Shown here piece by piece: positions 1 to 11,435 of a stretch of 64,000 nt of DNA. The translations under genes were made by a program, and so were the position numbers. The notes under the pieces were generated by a model that was not told the origin of the DNA, did not search any database, and worked only from the letters and a program-made list of their open reading frames with translations. The stretch is from Eledone cirrhosa (lineage: Eukaryota), in the NCBI GenBank assembly GCA_964016885.1, contig OZ024742.1, forward strand, positions 72,912,001 through 72,976,000, written 5' to 3'. Numbering within the stretch: position 1 is the stretch's first letter; the number at the start of each line of letters is the position of its first letter.

Positions 1-320
1 TGTTGACGAATTTCGGGAAGCATGGAAGTTTTGAAGGATGCAGTGTCCCAACAGCTACCAACTGATGCAGGCAGTTTGTTTCATGCTTCAGCAACTCTGA
101 GCGTGAAAAAATGTTTCCAAAAGTCATGGGAACTGTACTGTTTTCTGATTTTATAAGCATGTCCATGGGTGTTAGACACATGGAATTCAAAAAGGTGCCT
201 AGGATTGTTGTTGGAAAAATGGTTAATAATCGTGTGGGTGTCTACCAAGTCAGTTGCCAGACATCAGAGCTTTAATTTATCCATAACCAGGGAAGCAAGG
301 CGTTCAGAGTATGGTGTTCT
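1..320 (-). mobile_element. CR1-clade LINE 3' fragment
   Basis: Close paralog of 2735-3050 (shared tttcatgcttcagcaactctgagcgtgaaaaaatgtttcc). Confidence 0.8.
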
Positions 321-629
321 AGAAGTTTCTATATTGAAATACCAGTATCTATGTAGTACTGAGGATAATTTAATAACTTAATCAACCATAAATCTGGAGC
401 TGGAGTCTCTAATGCAGTTCAACATAGTCTTTAATTTTAGTTAGGCAAAACTCCTGTGATGACATGAAGCTACATAGCGTTTTCTTTTTCTCTAGTAGTG
501 TGGAGAAGAGAGACTTGTTGCTTGTACAACTGCTAGTCTTCCATATAGCATTTCCCAGGCCTTTGCACTGGAGTGGACATTCCAGTATTGCATCAACATA
601 TTCTACAACTCAGATTGAAGCATGACATT

Positions 630-806
630 TCACAGTCCACCTAGCTGTCAGAAGGGACAACAGTGTGAGCCCAGTCCACCTAGCTGTATCAAAGTCACTT
701 AACAGTCAACAGCCCAGTCCACCTAGCTGTAAGTAGGGACCACAGTGTGGTACAGTTCACTATACTGTATCAATGACCAAGTCATTTAACTGTCAACAGC
801 CCAGTC
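630..806. repeat. Short degenerate tandem repeat (cagtccacctagctgt motif)
   Basis: Motif recurs about every 40 bp near 632, 672 and 714, then decays. Confidence 0.6.
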
Positions 807-1140
807 TTTAACTCTGAGTTCAGAGCCATATCTATTCTGTTATAATATTTCTAAATGTTAGTTAAGAGACCAACATATCTTTTTCATAAGATCCTTGTAA
901 ATGTGTGTGTATTAGTATGCATATGTGAATGATTATGCGTGTGTGTGCTCGCCGGCGCATTTATTTGTGTGGGAAGCATAGTTTTGTTGTTGTTTTTGTT
1001 GTCATTACCACTATGAAATGTTATTAATTTTGTGGGGTGTGGTAACTGACTAGCTAATAGATATAACCTGATTCTTTGTTGGGAGAATGCTATTTAAAGC
1101 CATTAACATACATATATGTATGAACTGACACACACACACA

Positions 1141-1191
<51 letters not shown>

Positions 1192-1351
1192 TACATACAT
1201 CTCTCTCCATCATCATCATTTCATCATCATCGTTTAACGTCTATCTTCCATATATATATATATATATATATATAATGAAGGTGTTGTGGTAAGAAACCAG
1301 ATGGACCATAACGCACCAGAGTACTTAATACTTAGGGTAGTAGAGTGGGTA

Positions 1352-1462
1352 ATAGGAAAATGTTTGACTCCGACGGCTGAGCTCAAGCTGTTTTGACGGC
1401 TATTTCAGTCCAGAAATAGCTGACGAAACGGCTTGAGCTCTGCCGTCGGGATCAAACATTTT

Positions 1463-1467
<5 letters not shown>
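1352..1467. repeat. ~55-bp-arm inverted repeat (long hairpin)
   Basis: Arms ataggaaaatgtttga...gctatttc and gaaatagc...tcaaacattttcctat with a 6-nt loop agtcca; followed by (TA)n. Confidence 0.85.
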
Positions 1468-1491
<24 letters not shown>

Positions 1492-1495
<4 letters not shown>

Positions 1496-1762
1496 TCAGA
1501 CCGGGTGATGTGTTGTTTCCTTAAGCAAGACACTTTATTTCACATTGCTCCAGTTTACTCCAGTTTTGTAGAAATGAGATGATAGGGACTGGGGTCTCTA
1601 TCATTCCACTGCAAAGTGGTCGTGGAGGTGCCACGGCAAAAAAGCACCCAGCACTCACTGTAAATGAGGTTGGTGTTAGGAAGGGCATCCAGCTGTAGAA
1701 ATCAAGTCAGAATCAGTTCCCGTCCCACCCTTGCAAGCAGGGAAAAGCGGACGTAAAATGAT
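1492..1762 (+). mobile_element. CORE-type SINE, 5'-truncated
   Basis: Matches the full copy at 28870-29208 (ccttaagcaagacactttatttcacattgctccag...ggaagggcatccagctgtagaaatc...ggacgtaaaatga). Confidence 0.8.
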
Positions 1763-1766
1763 ATAT

Positions 1767-1802
<36 letters not shown>

Positions 1803-1861
1803 CAAAATATTAATTAATGAAAAATATTCTCATAATCAAAATATATATTTTATTATACACT

Positions 1862-2343
1862 ATCAGTAGTACCCGGCGTTGCACGGGATAAGGCATTGTG
1901 AAATATATAACCGCCTTAGCTAAGCTTAGTATTGCCACAACCACGGGTGGCAAAGAAGTAAGGGTCTGTGGCTTAAAACGTGAGGAAGAAGTTGTGTGCA
2001 CTTACCAACTGTTTGGGGAATGAGTGTGAGATTTGTCTTGAGCAAGGGTGGCAGAATAACTGTATGCAGCAGACAGTCAGACATACAGACAGATATTATA
2101 AGGGTGCGACGTTATATGTATCTATCTATCTAAAAAGAGAAAGACTAAGAATTATAGAGAGAAATCGCCTAATGCGGTCCCTAGGGCATTGAAAATTTGA
2201 AATTTGTTTTGCTCAGAACACTCCCTGAAACATAAGTATTACATGTGTAAAGTTTGAAAACAGTCGGTTAGGTGCTTCTCTAGTTTTAGGGATTCAAACT
2301 CACACACACACAGACAGACATCCTCAGTTTTATATATATAGAT
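1862..2343 (-). mobile_element. Non-autonomous Helitron-like element
   Basis: Minus strand starts TCTATATATATAAAA and ends with hairpin CCCG-TGCAACGC-CGGG near a degenerate CTAG end; internal (CAGA)n. Confidence 0.55.
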
Positions 2344-2351
2344 ATTTAATA

Positions 2352-2540
2352 ATAATTGTTTCTACTTTAGGCACAAGGCCAGCAATTACCCAGTGCATTA
2401 CTGGTACTTTATTTTATCGACCCCGTAAGGATGAAAGGCAAAGTCAACCTCGGCGGGATTTGAACTCAGATCGTAAAGGGACATAACTATGCTGGAAAGC
2501 ATGGCGTCCGACCCTCTACCGATACTGCCAATCCACCGCC
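2352..2540 (-). mobile_element. tRNA-derived SINE (Meta-domain-like core)
   Basis: Minus strand has B box GAGTTCAAATCCC, core gcctttcatccttacggggtcgataaaataaagtacc and (ATT)n tail; flanked by duplicated atagatatttaataataat. Confidence 0.85.
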
Positions 2541-2723
2541 TTAGATAGATATTTAATAATAATAATTAATAATATAATAATAATAATGAAATTATTGTGT
2601 AAAGTGCTCAGGTGCACTACAACTCGTCAAAGGTGTATGTATAGTACATAGAATAATACACAAATGTCAGGGAAGTGAATAGTGTCATGGTATACATGTG
2701 TGTATGTGTATGGAGGGGGAACA

Positions 2724-5470
2724 TTAGCTGTAGTGTTGGCGGATCTCGGGAAGCATGGAGGCCTTAAAGGACGCAGTGTCTCGACAGCTAACAACTGATG
2801 CAGGTAGTTTGTTCCATGCTTCAGCAACTCTGAGCGTGAAAAAATGTTTCCGAAAGTCATGGGAACTGTGCTGTTTTCTTACTTTGTGGGCATGTCCACG
2901 TGTGTTAGACACATGGAAATCAAAATGGTACTCAGGGTTGTTGTTGGCAACATGGTTAACAATTTTGTGGGTGTTTACCAAGTCAGTTGCCAGGCGTCGG
3001 AGCTTCAATGTATCCATTCCCAGGGAAGCAAGGCGCTCAGAGTATGGTAGATGCCTGATGGAGGGTATTCGCTTGGTTGCACGTCTCTGAACAGTTTCCA
3101 GGCGGTCAATGTTCTGAGCAAGATAGGGGTTCCAGACTGGTGATGCAAACTAAGTGTGGCCGCACCATAGCCATGTACAGCCTTAAATAGATATCTGGAG
3201 AGCGGCTGACAAAGGTATTGCTGAGTGATGCTAAGACACCCTTGGCCCTCTTGACAATTTTAGAGACGTGCTTCGTCCAATGCAAATCGCTGCTGACCGT
3301 AATGCCCAGGTCACGTTCACAAGAAGACTTCTTGATATTAGTGCTGTGGAGGGAGTATGTGGACGCTGGGTTTTTACTCCCAAAATGCATGGTGGTGCAC
3401 TTGTCCACAGCTAGCTTGAGTTACCAGTCTGAGATCCATTGTTGCATTGTGTCCAGGTCAGACTGCAAGCAAGATCTATAGTATTCAGGATCTGTCCTTT
3501 TTATCTCAAGGTACAGCTTGATGTCATCTGCGTACTTTAGTACTGTGGCATTCTTTAAGTTGGCATCTATGTCATTAATATATGCCACAAACAAAAGGTG
3601 GCCAAGAACAGATCCCTGTGGTACACCAGATGACATCTCATATGGTGAGGAATGCTGTCCCAGAACCGTGACTACCTCTCTTCGACTGAGAATGAAGGAC
3701 TTCAACCAGTTAAAAAAATCATCCTTCACACCCATTGCAGAGAGTTTTGCCATAAGCCTTTTGTGTGGCACAGAATTGAAGGCTTTCGCAAAGTCAAGGT
3801 AAACAACATCCACCCATCAGTGATCCGGGTGATGTCCTCAAGAAACTATAAGTTGATCACATCAGCTGGAGTTGGGGATAAATCCAAATTGCGAGGGCCG
3901 GATAAGACTGTGAGAGCTCCAGAAGTTCCAAAGTGTTTCTCTGACACAGGATTCCATCAGTTTGGCGATGCAACTAGTAAGACTGATTGTACGATAGTTC
4001 ACAGGTGATGTGCGGTCACCCTTTTTGAACAGAGGAATGACACTAGCAGTTTTCCACTGTTCTGGAGTAGCACTGTTGTTCAGACAGAATTGGAAGAAGC
4101 GTGATAACTGGTGCAGAAGGAAGTACCCACCACGTTTAAGAAGCAGGTACGTAACACCATCAAGACCAGGAGGGGCATGGTTGTGTTTATTTTTTAGGTG
4201 ACGTCGCAGCATTGCAGGTGTAAATTCCATAGTTGTAATAGAGTCTGGTGTCATAGGTGGTGGAGATGGTACACTCTGGTCCTCAATAGTGAAAATGCCT
4301 GCATAGCATTCAGCAATGAGCTCTGCGCATTCCTTGGGGTCGCCAGTAACCTGGCTTGTGTGGGGATTGCGAAGAGGACCAACTGGAGAGTGAGGCCTCT
4401 GCTTTGAGTGAACATACTTCCAGAACACCTTACTGTCAGGGCTGGTTGCTATGTGCTGCTCAAATTGAAGCACTGCCTTTTTTGTCACCTGTTTGAGGTG
4501 GTTGGACGATCTATTTCGCCTCTTCCTATTAATGCCTGATTTGTGAAGTTTGTACTCACGTTCAACATTGCGCCATTCTTTTCTGGCAAGACGGACTGCT
4601 GCAGTCTCCCAAATTGCACTTTTGGGATGTTTTTTTCTGCTTACGTGGCACCGATGCTGCACATGCTGTCCATATTGAGCTCAGGATGTTCTGGAGTACA
4701 GTGTTGACATCTCCAGAGTCGTAGAACTCAAGCCAGTTTGGCCGTTGCAACTCGGTGTAGTAACAGTTCCAGTCTGCTTTATTCCAGTCAAAGTGAGGAG
4801 TTTGGAGATGGTTGTGGTTCTTGTTACTGCCCATGAGGGATAGATTGGCAATGATCATAGCATGATCAGAGTCACCTAAAGTTTCCTCAGCAGTAACACT
4901 AATGACCGTTTCAGGAGTAGTTGTGAAGAGTAGGTCCAAAGCGTTGTCACCTCTTGTTGGGGAGGTGACCACCTAGGACCAACTTGAGTCCAGCACTAGC
5001 TCAAGGAAGTCATTTGCACTTGGCGGCTAACGAAAGGTTTCCCAGTCAATCTCAGGGTGATTGAAGTCTCCTGCAATGAAAACATAAGTGGCTGTCTTCC
5101 TGGCAGCAGCTCTGAGGATATCACAAAGTTGAGTGTCCTGATGGTAATTTGGGGGACGGTAAACGACTCCAAGTAGCAGTGTTGACATGGTCATACGTAT
5201 ATCGCAGAAAAAACTTCCTGCTGTGATTGGTTCAAATCAGCACAAGGAATTGCCGACAGATTTGACCAAACGTAGACCATTACACCACGACGATTAATGT
5301 GGTCTTTACGAAACAGGTTGTAGCCAGTCATGCTGAAAACCCCATCACAGAGTAAGGGATGTGCCCAAGTTTCCGTGACTGTAATGAAGTCAGGGTTGAT
5401 ACTTTTGACGTAGGAGTCAAAAAGATGAATCTTATTGCATAGACTACGTGCATTCAAGGACAACAATTTG
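2724..5470 (-). pseudogene. LINE ORF2 (AP endonuclease + reverse transcriptase), frameshifted
   Basis: ORF pieces 5191-5466, 4562-4972, 3862-4662, 3421-3813, 3106-3408 and 2724-3017 occur in canonical domain order. Confidence 0.92.
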
Positions 5471-5522
5471 TACCTTGATTCCAGTCTATGATTATGTGCA
5501 GGGGATGGCAGGTTGTTCTGAT

Positions 5523-6760
5523 TTAGTTTCCCAGAGTTTTTTCAGTTTCTTTATTGTCAGTTGTTGTGCGTACAGTGTTTTCAGACCAGCTGGTGTCTCT
5601 TTTCCATGTTTCGCCAGCCTTAACAAACTTCCATATCTGCCCAGCATCTCGTAGGCTGAAGCTTTGATGTTCTGCCGAGCTGCGGTTTAAGGAAGCTGCA
5701 GCACGCAACTTTGGGCGGACATCAGGTGGAAAACCAGGGCGTGTTCGGAAAGCAATCCGACTTTCACGCCTAGCTTTATCAGAGGCTCCAAGGTATGAAT
5801 GTGCCTCAGTTGAGTTTGAAAACGACAGTCTAATTAGCCTGGGTTTCGAGCCTGGTCGGCCAAGGCGTAGAGCACCCTTTGCGGGAGCACAGCCCAGGTC
5901 TTTGGATGAACTGGCAGCAAATGCCTGAATATCAACTATGTCTTCTGGTACACCAATGGCAATCACTTCGTGGTTTGCAGATTCAGTGGCATTCTCAATG
6001 CGTCTAGGTTCAACATGAGGTACGCGGAGATTTTTTAACAAGGCACTCCGGTAAGATCCCTCATTGTGCGGTTCTACACGAACGCTTAATTTTATTTCCG
6101 CTATTTCTTGGCTTAAACCGGAAATCATTTGCCGTATTTCCTCAAACTCCGTATTGACGGTCGGTTTTTGTTGTTGTGCTTTTCCTTCAATAGGCATGGT
6201 AGAAGACACAGTCATCGGTTGTTGTTGTTGAAAAGTAACGAGTGAGGAAGACATGGGTTACTGTTGTTGATGAAGTCCTTCAACGGGGGTAGTAGCAGAA
6301 GCTACGGTCGTTGGTTTTTGCTCTTGTTCAGTAACAATGGTAGAAGAAGACACGATCCTCGGTTTTTGTTGTTGTTGTTCGAGAACAATGTAGAAGACAC
6401 GATCTTCGGTTTTTGTTGTTGTTGTTGTTCTGCAGCAATGGGAGAAGCAGGCATACAGTCCAGGCACTGAAAGGACCAGTTTGTTAGCTGTACCATCTCC
6501 CAGAGTCTATCCATCGTAACAATATGATGTTTCTTGTTTTGGCCTGGGATCTTCCGGAAGCCTGTGGCGCATTGAAGGCAGACAGAGATGTGACAGGTTC
6601 CACATTCGACCCAACGATTACGGAACGAGTTTTCGGGTTCCGTACAGATATGGCAGATGTGATCTTCTGGGCAATGTTCTATTTTGGAACATCGACCAGT
6701 TTTGTCGCATACTTCATCGATGGATATCGCCATGGCAATTTTGTTATTTCTGCTCATCCG
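5523..6760 (-). pseudogene. LINE ORF1: Cys/His-rich PHD-like N-terminus, Gln-rich repeats, coiled coil, RRM-like region
   Basis: CHIC...WVECGTC...CLQC...FQCLDC in ORF 6302-6895; IAIGVPE...RLGRP..KPRLIRLSF in ORF 5523-6254. Confidence 0.7.
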
Positions 6761-7341
6761 TAGAAAAATACAGAATGTAAACAATTTAGGTTTAGCGCAC
6801 TTGATTACGATAGAAATAAAATGTTTTTTTTTTGTGTATTTTGTTTCCGTTTTCCTAAATGTTGTGTGTGTGTGTGTACAGAAGAGTCTGTGCATGTAAA
6901 CAAATAAATATGCTGCGTAAGTTAAATGAAACGTACTGTAGAAGGCAACAGTTTATTAACAGCGAAATAACGTTTTTTTCCTGATAAGCTTCTTTATAAT
7001 AAACTTTCAATAATATTTTTAAAATTATTAACTTTCAGCTGCTAGTATATATAATTAAAAGGTGTATGTGGGTTAGAAGCGGAGTCAATGTTCAGAGATA
7101 TTTTACAAATGTACGTAAGATTGGCCGGTATAGTGTCTCACACGAAATAGAGTGGTTTCTTTTCACTTGTGTGTATATGCATGTGGTATGTATCTGTATA
7201 TAAATCTGTTATATTGTTGTTTATATGTTTTGTGGAGTACTTATTGCGATGCCTAAGGGATGTAGTGATTTGTTTTTTTTTTTCCTTTTTCCCCGTCCAT
7301 GTCCACACGTGGTTTGTTGGCGAAAATCAAGTCAAAATTTG

Positions 7342-7560
7342 AAAGGTACAATGGTGTTTAAGTACGTTTTCATCAGATAAAATATATAAGAGATTGGATA
7401 TTTTATCTGATGAAAACGTACTTAAACATCATTGTACCTTTGAAATATGAATAATAAAATATATGTTTTGATTATGAGAATATTTTTCATTTATTAATAT
7501 TTTGAATATTAAATACTCCAGGAAAATGATTGTCGAGTGCTTCTAATCTATTGTAAAATT
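7342..7560 (+). mobile_element. PLE pseudo-LTR fragment with 5' inversion
   Basis: 7342-7386 is the reverse complement of about 7398-7441; the fragment holds an HHR and the downstream ACTC/GAGTGCT hairpin. Related sequence lies at about 1797-1857 (-) and 51165-51330. Confidence 0.7.
7398..7462 (+). ncRNA. Minimal type I hammerhead ribozyme
   Basis: ATATTTTAT-CTGATGA-stem II-GAAA-TATGAA-TA-ATAAAATAT; stem I is 9 bp; AUA cleavage triplet. Confidence 0.7.
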
Positions 7561-7597
7561 GTATTCGTTGAATAATCAACGAACCATATAAACTTTG

Positions 7598-8479
7598 GGC
7601 ACTACAATGCTATTAGCTGTCAGTCGAAGCAGCCGATGAAAGCAAAACATCGTTTATTTCCGTATTACTACCACGCGTAAGTGGAGTTACCTAAATGAAA
7701 TTTTTTTTTTTTTCAGGCGTTTTTTATTTATTATCTTTTTTTTTATTAAAGCATATCGATGTAAGTGGAGTTACTTAAATGAAAATATCACGCGTTTCTT
7801 TTTTTATTAAAGCATGTCGATGTAAGTGGAGTTACTTGAAAATATAGGTGGCCCTTAAAAGGGCCAAATTAGAAAACAAATTTAAGTTAATTAGAAAACA
7901 AGTCATGGTTATCAAATAAATTGGATTTAATCATTTATATTTTCAGTCATGGTTATCAATGGAGAAAACAAGTCATTTTCACCAACAGTGGAATTACTTC
8001 TGACAGCTAATACCATGAACTTAAATGAATTTTCTCCAACAGTGGAGTTACTTCTGACAGCTAATACCATGAACTATATTTTCATAGTCATGGTTATCAA
8101 TGCAGAAAACAAGTCATTTTCACCAACAGTGGAGTTAACTTAAATGAAAATATAGGTGGCCCTTAAAAGGGCCAAATTAGAAAACAAATATATGGTTATC
8201 AATTTTTTTTCACCAACCCTATACATGAAATTGATAACCATGACTATGAAAATATAAATGATTAAATCCAATTTATTTGATAACCATGACTTGTTTTCTA
8301 ATTAACTTAAATTTGTTTTCTAATTTGGCCCTTTTAAGGGCCACCTATATTTTCATTTAAGTAACTCCACTTACATTGATGTGCTTTATTAAAATAACGC
8401 GTGGTAATACGGAAATAAACGATGTTTACGATTGAGAAGGTTGACGAAACTTTCACTTCTGACAGCTAATAGTAGTGCC
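7598..8479. mobile_element. Foldback/MITE DNA element with GGCACTAC...GTAGTGCC termini
   Basis: Terminal IRs ggcactacaatgctattagctgtcag / ctgacagctaatagtagtgcc; 7800-7960 is inverted at 8230-8390; internal sub-repeats (gtcatggttatcaa, agtggagttact). Confidence 0.8.
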
Positions 8480-8537
8480 AAAAAAGTTAATCTACTTGTA
8501 AATATGAGTATTTTGTCATATAGCGAAGATACTGGGT

Positions 8538-8894
8538 TGTATGAATGTAACAAGGAGACATGGTTTGTGTGTATAATATTTAATTAACAATCATGGATAT
8601 ATATATAGAACAGTATAGTTGACATGTCAAAGTAATAGATGATAGAATGAAGCAAAGTTAGTAGTTACCGTTTTGATTGCCAGGCAAACGCGAGACTGGC
8701 AGAAGACGCCTGGCTAAGGCCAGGCGCCGGAAGGGCAAATGAGAGGGAGAGAGCCGAAGGCTATTCGTTTTATAGGGCTCTGCCGGAAGTTACAGAAAGG
8801 GTTCTACTTCCCGTCTAGATGTTAATCTATTGGGGTTGTGAGTCACAACAAGGGAGGCTACTGCTACAGTCATAAATGTAAGATTATACATACA
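8538..8894 (-). mobile_element. Possible solo LTR
   Basis: TGTATG...CATACA termini, GC-richer core, minus-strand TATAAAA near 8770 and ATTAAA near 8580. No TSD found. Confidence 0.35.
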
Positions 8895-9039
8895 TTTCTC
8901 AGTGATTTTTTTTTTTCTTTTGGCAGACGTTAAGAATTAACATGAAGAAATTGAAGGTCTTTTGCTATTTAATACTCTCATTGTGGCACACTTTTGTTCT
9001 TTATTGTAGTCTGATAAACATAAACTGCAATAGTTAAGT

Positions 9040-10056
<1,017 letters not shown>

Positions 10057-10309
10057 ATTTTTGAAGAGTTCTTAAAAGTTGACAAAAATCTGATTATAAT
10101 CTATCTTGTCTCAGATTACATGAGTAGAAAATATACATTATAGATATATTTTCGGCACTACAATGCTATTAGCTGTCAGTCGAAGCAGCCGATGAAAGCA
10201 AAACATCGTTTATTTCCGTATTACTACCATGCGTAAGTGGAGTTACTTAAATGAAATTCTTTTTTTTTTCACGCGTTTTTTTTTTTTTTTTATTAAAGCA
10301 TATAGATGT

Positions 10310-10589
10310 TGTGGGTATGGTGTGGCGTGGGGTGGTCGGAGGCGGCGGAGTGCTCGACCGGAAGGGTGTGTGGAGTGTTCGACCGGAAGGAGTTTTGGGC
10401 CGGAAGGATGCTCGACCGGAAGGGCCAGCAGAAGGCCTCTCTCTAGTGGTGACCAGCACACGGTGTGGACGCGAGGTTTGGGCAGCTCCCGGTGTTAAGC
10501 AGTTGGACGCACGTGGAAGAGAAGTACCTGCAGTGGAATTTAGCGGCGCCTGTGAAAAGCGGTAAGTGAGATAGCTTTTTCTAACCACA
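10310..10589 (+). repeat. 5' LTR
   Basis: Direct repeat of 14259-14525 with small indels and scattered substitutions; internal gctcgaccggaagg repeats. Confidence 0.95.
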
Positions 10590-10669
10590 AGCTATTTCGG
10601 CGACTGAAAAAACAAAACAAAAAAAACAAAAACAAAAAAAAAAACACTTGCCGTAAGACAAATCAGAAG

Positions 10670-11429
10670 ATGGCGACAAGACTACGGATGAACGAAGCTT
10701 TCAGGGCATTCACCGGGGAAGGTGTTGTTGTCGCTTGGCTGCGGAAGGTTCGGCTGGTCGCAAGCTTGCAGAAGATAGAGGACGTGGCCGGCCTCATGGC
10801 ATTGTACCTCGAGGGCGACGCGCTGGTACTCTTCCTTGAGTTGGACGAGCACAGCCAAAGAGATGTGCAGAAGATTGAGAGGCGTCTGATGGATGCATTC
10901 GCCGAGGGACCGTTGGCGGCTTTTGCTAAGCTGGCGAGAATCAGGTGGAATGGTGAGCGCGTCGACATTTTCGCAGCGGAAATAAGGCGGTTGGCTATGT
11001 TGGCCGGTTACCAGGCGGAATGCGAACACACGGTGCGGTTGGCGTTCATCAGGATTTCCGAACGACATAGCGGTGAAACTGCAGCAAGTCCCGGGTTATA
11101 AAGAGATGGAAATGCGTTCACTGGTGGAACAAGCCCGGATCATAGCGGAAGATGCCAAAAAGAGTGTTGCGGCGATAGCAACTACGGAGGCTCAGGACAC
11201 CTGGCAGCGAAATGGTGAACGGGAGGCAACCTCGGCACGCGGCCGTCCGCACGCGTTTAGGGGGCGCTGTTTTCGGTGCCAGGGCCCGCATATGGCTAGA
11301 GACTGTAGAGAGTCGAAGCCGGAGATAATTTGCTACCGGTGTAAGCGACCAGGCCACATCGCTACTAACTGCGACCAGGGAAACGATCCAAGGGGAACTA
11401 CTGCGCCAGTAGTTGCCCCTTACGAGTAG
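10670..11429 (+). CDS. gag: Gag with two CCHC zinc knuckles (one frameshift near 11060)
   Basis: CFRCQGPHMARDC and CYRCKRPGHIATNC in ORF 11073-11429. Confidence 0.85.
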
Positions 11430-11435
11430 CGGCGC
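11378..11435 (+). promoter_or_regulatory. -1 programmed ribosomal frameshift signal (G GGA AAC + pseudoknot)
   Basis: Heptamer at 11378-11384 is in the gag frame; 6-nt spacer; stem AGGGGAACTACT/AGTAGTT(G)CCCCT; loop GCGCC can pair with GGCGC at 11431-11435; the -1 frame is open into the protease. Confidence 0.8.

Larger units (their letters stand above)
2555..6900 (-). mobile_element. Near full-length CR1-clade LINE (ORF1 + ORF2), degenerate
   Basis: APE motifs (LNARSL, TETW, TRGDNALDL, GDSDH), RT motifs (NYRTISLTS, QFGF, YLDFAKAF, GVPQGSVLG, YADD) and an (ATT)n tail. The 5' boundary is approximate. Confidence 0.92.

Noticed and set aside
7342-7386. Minus-strand hammerhead
   Set aside because: The inverted copy stops before the GAAA box (reads CAAA) and lacks stem III and the 3' strand of stem I.
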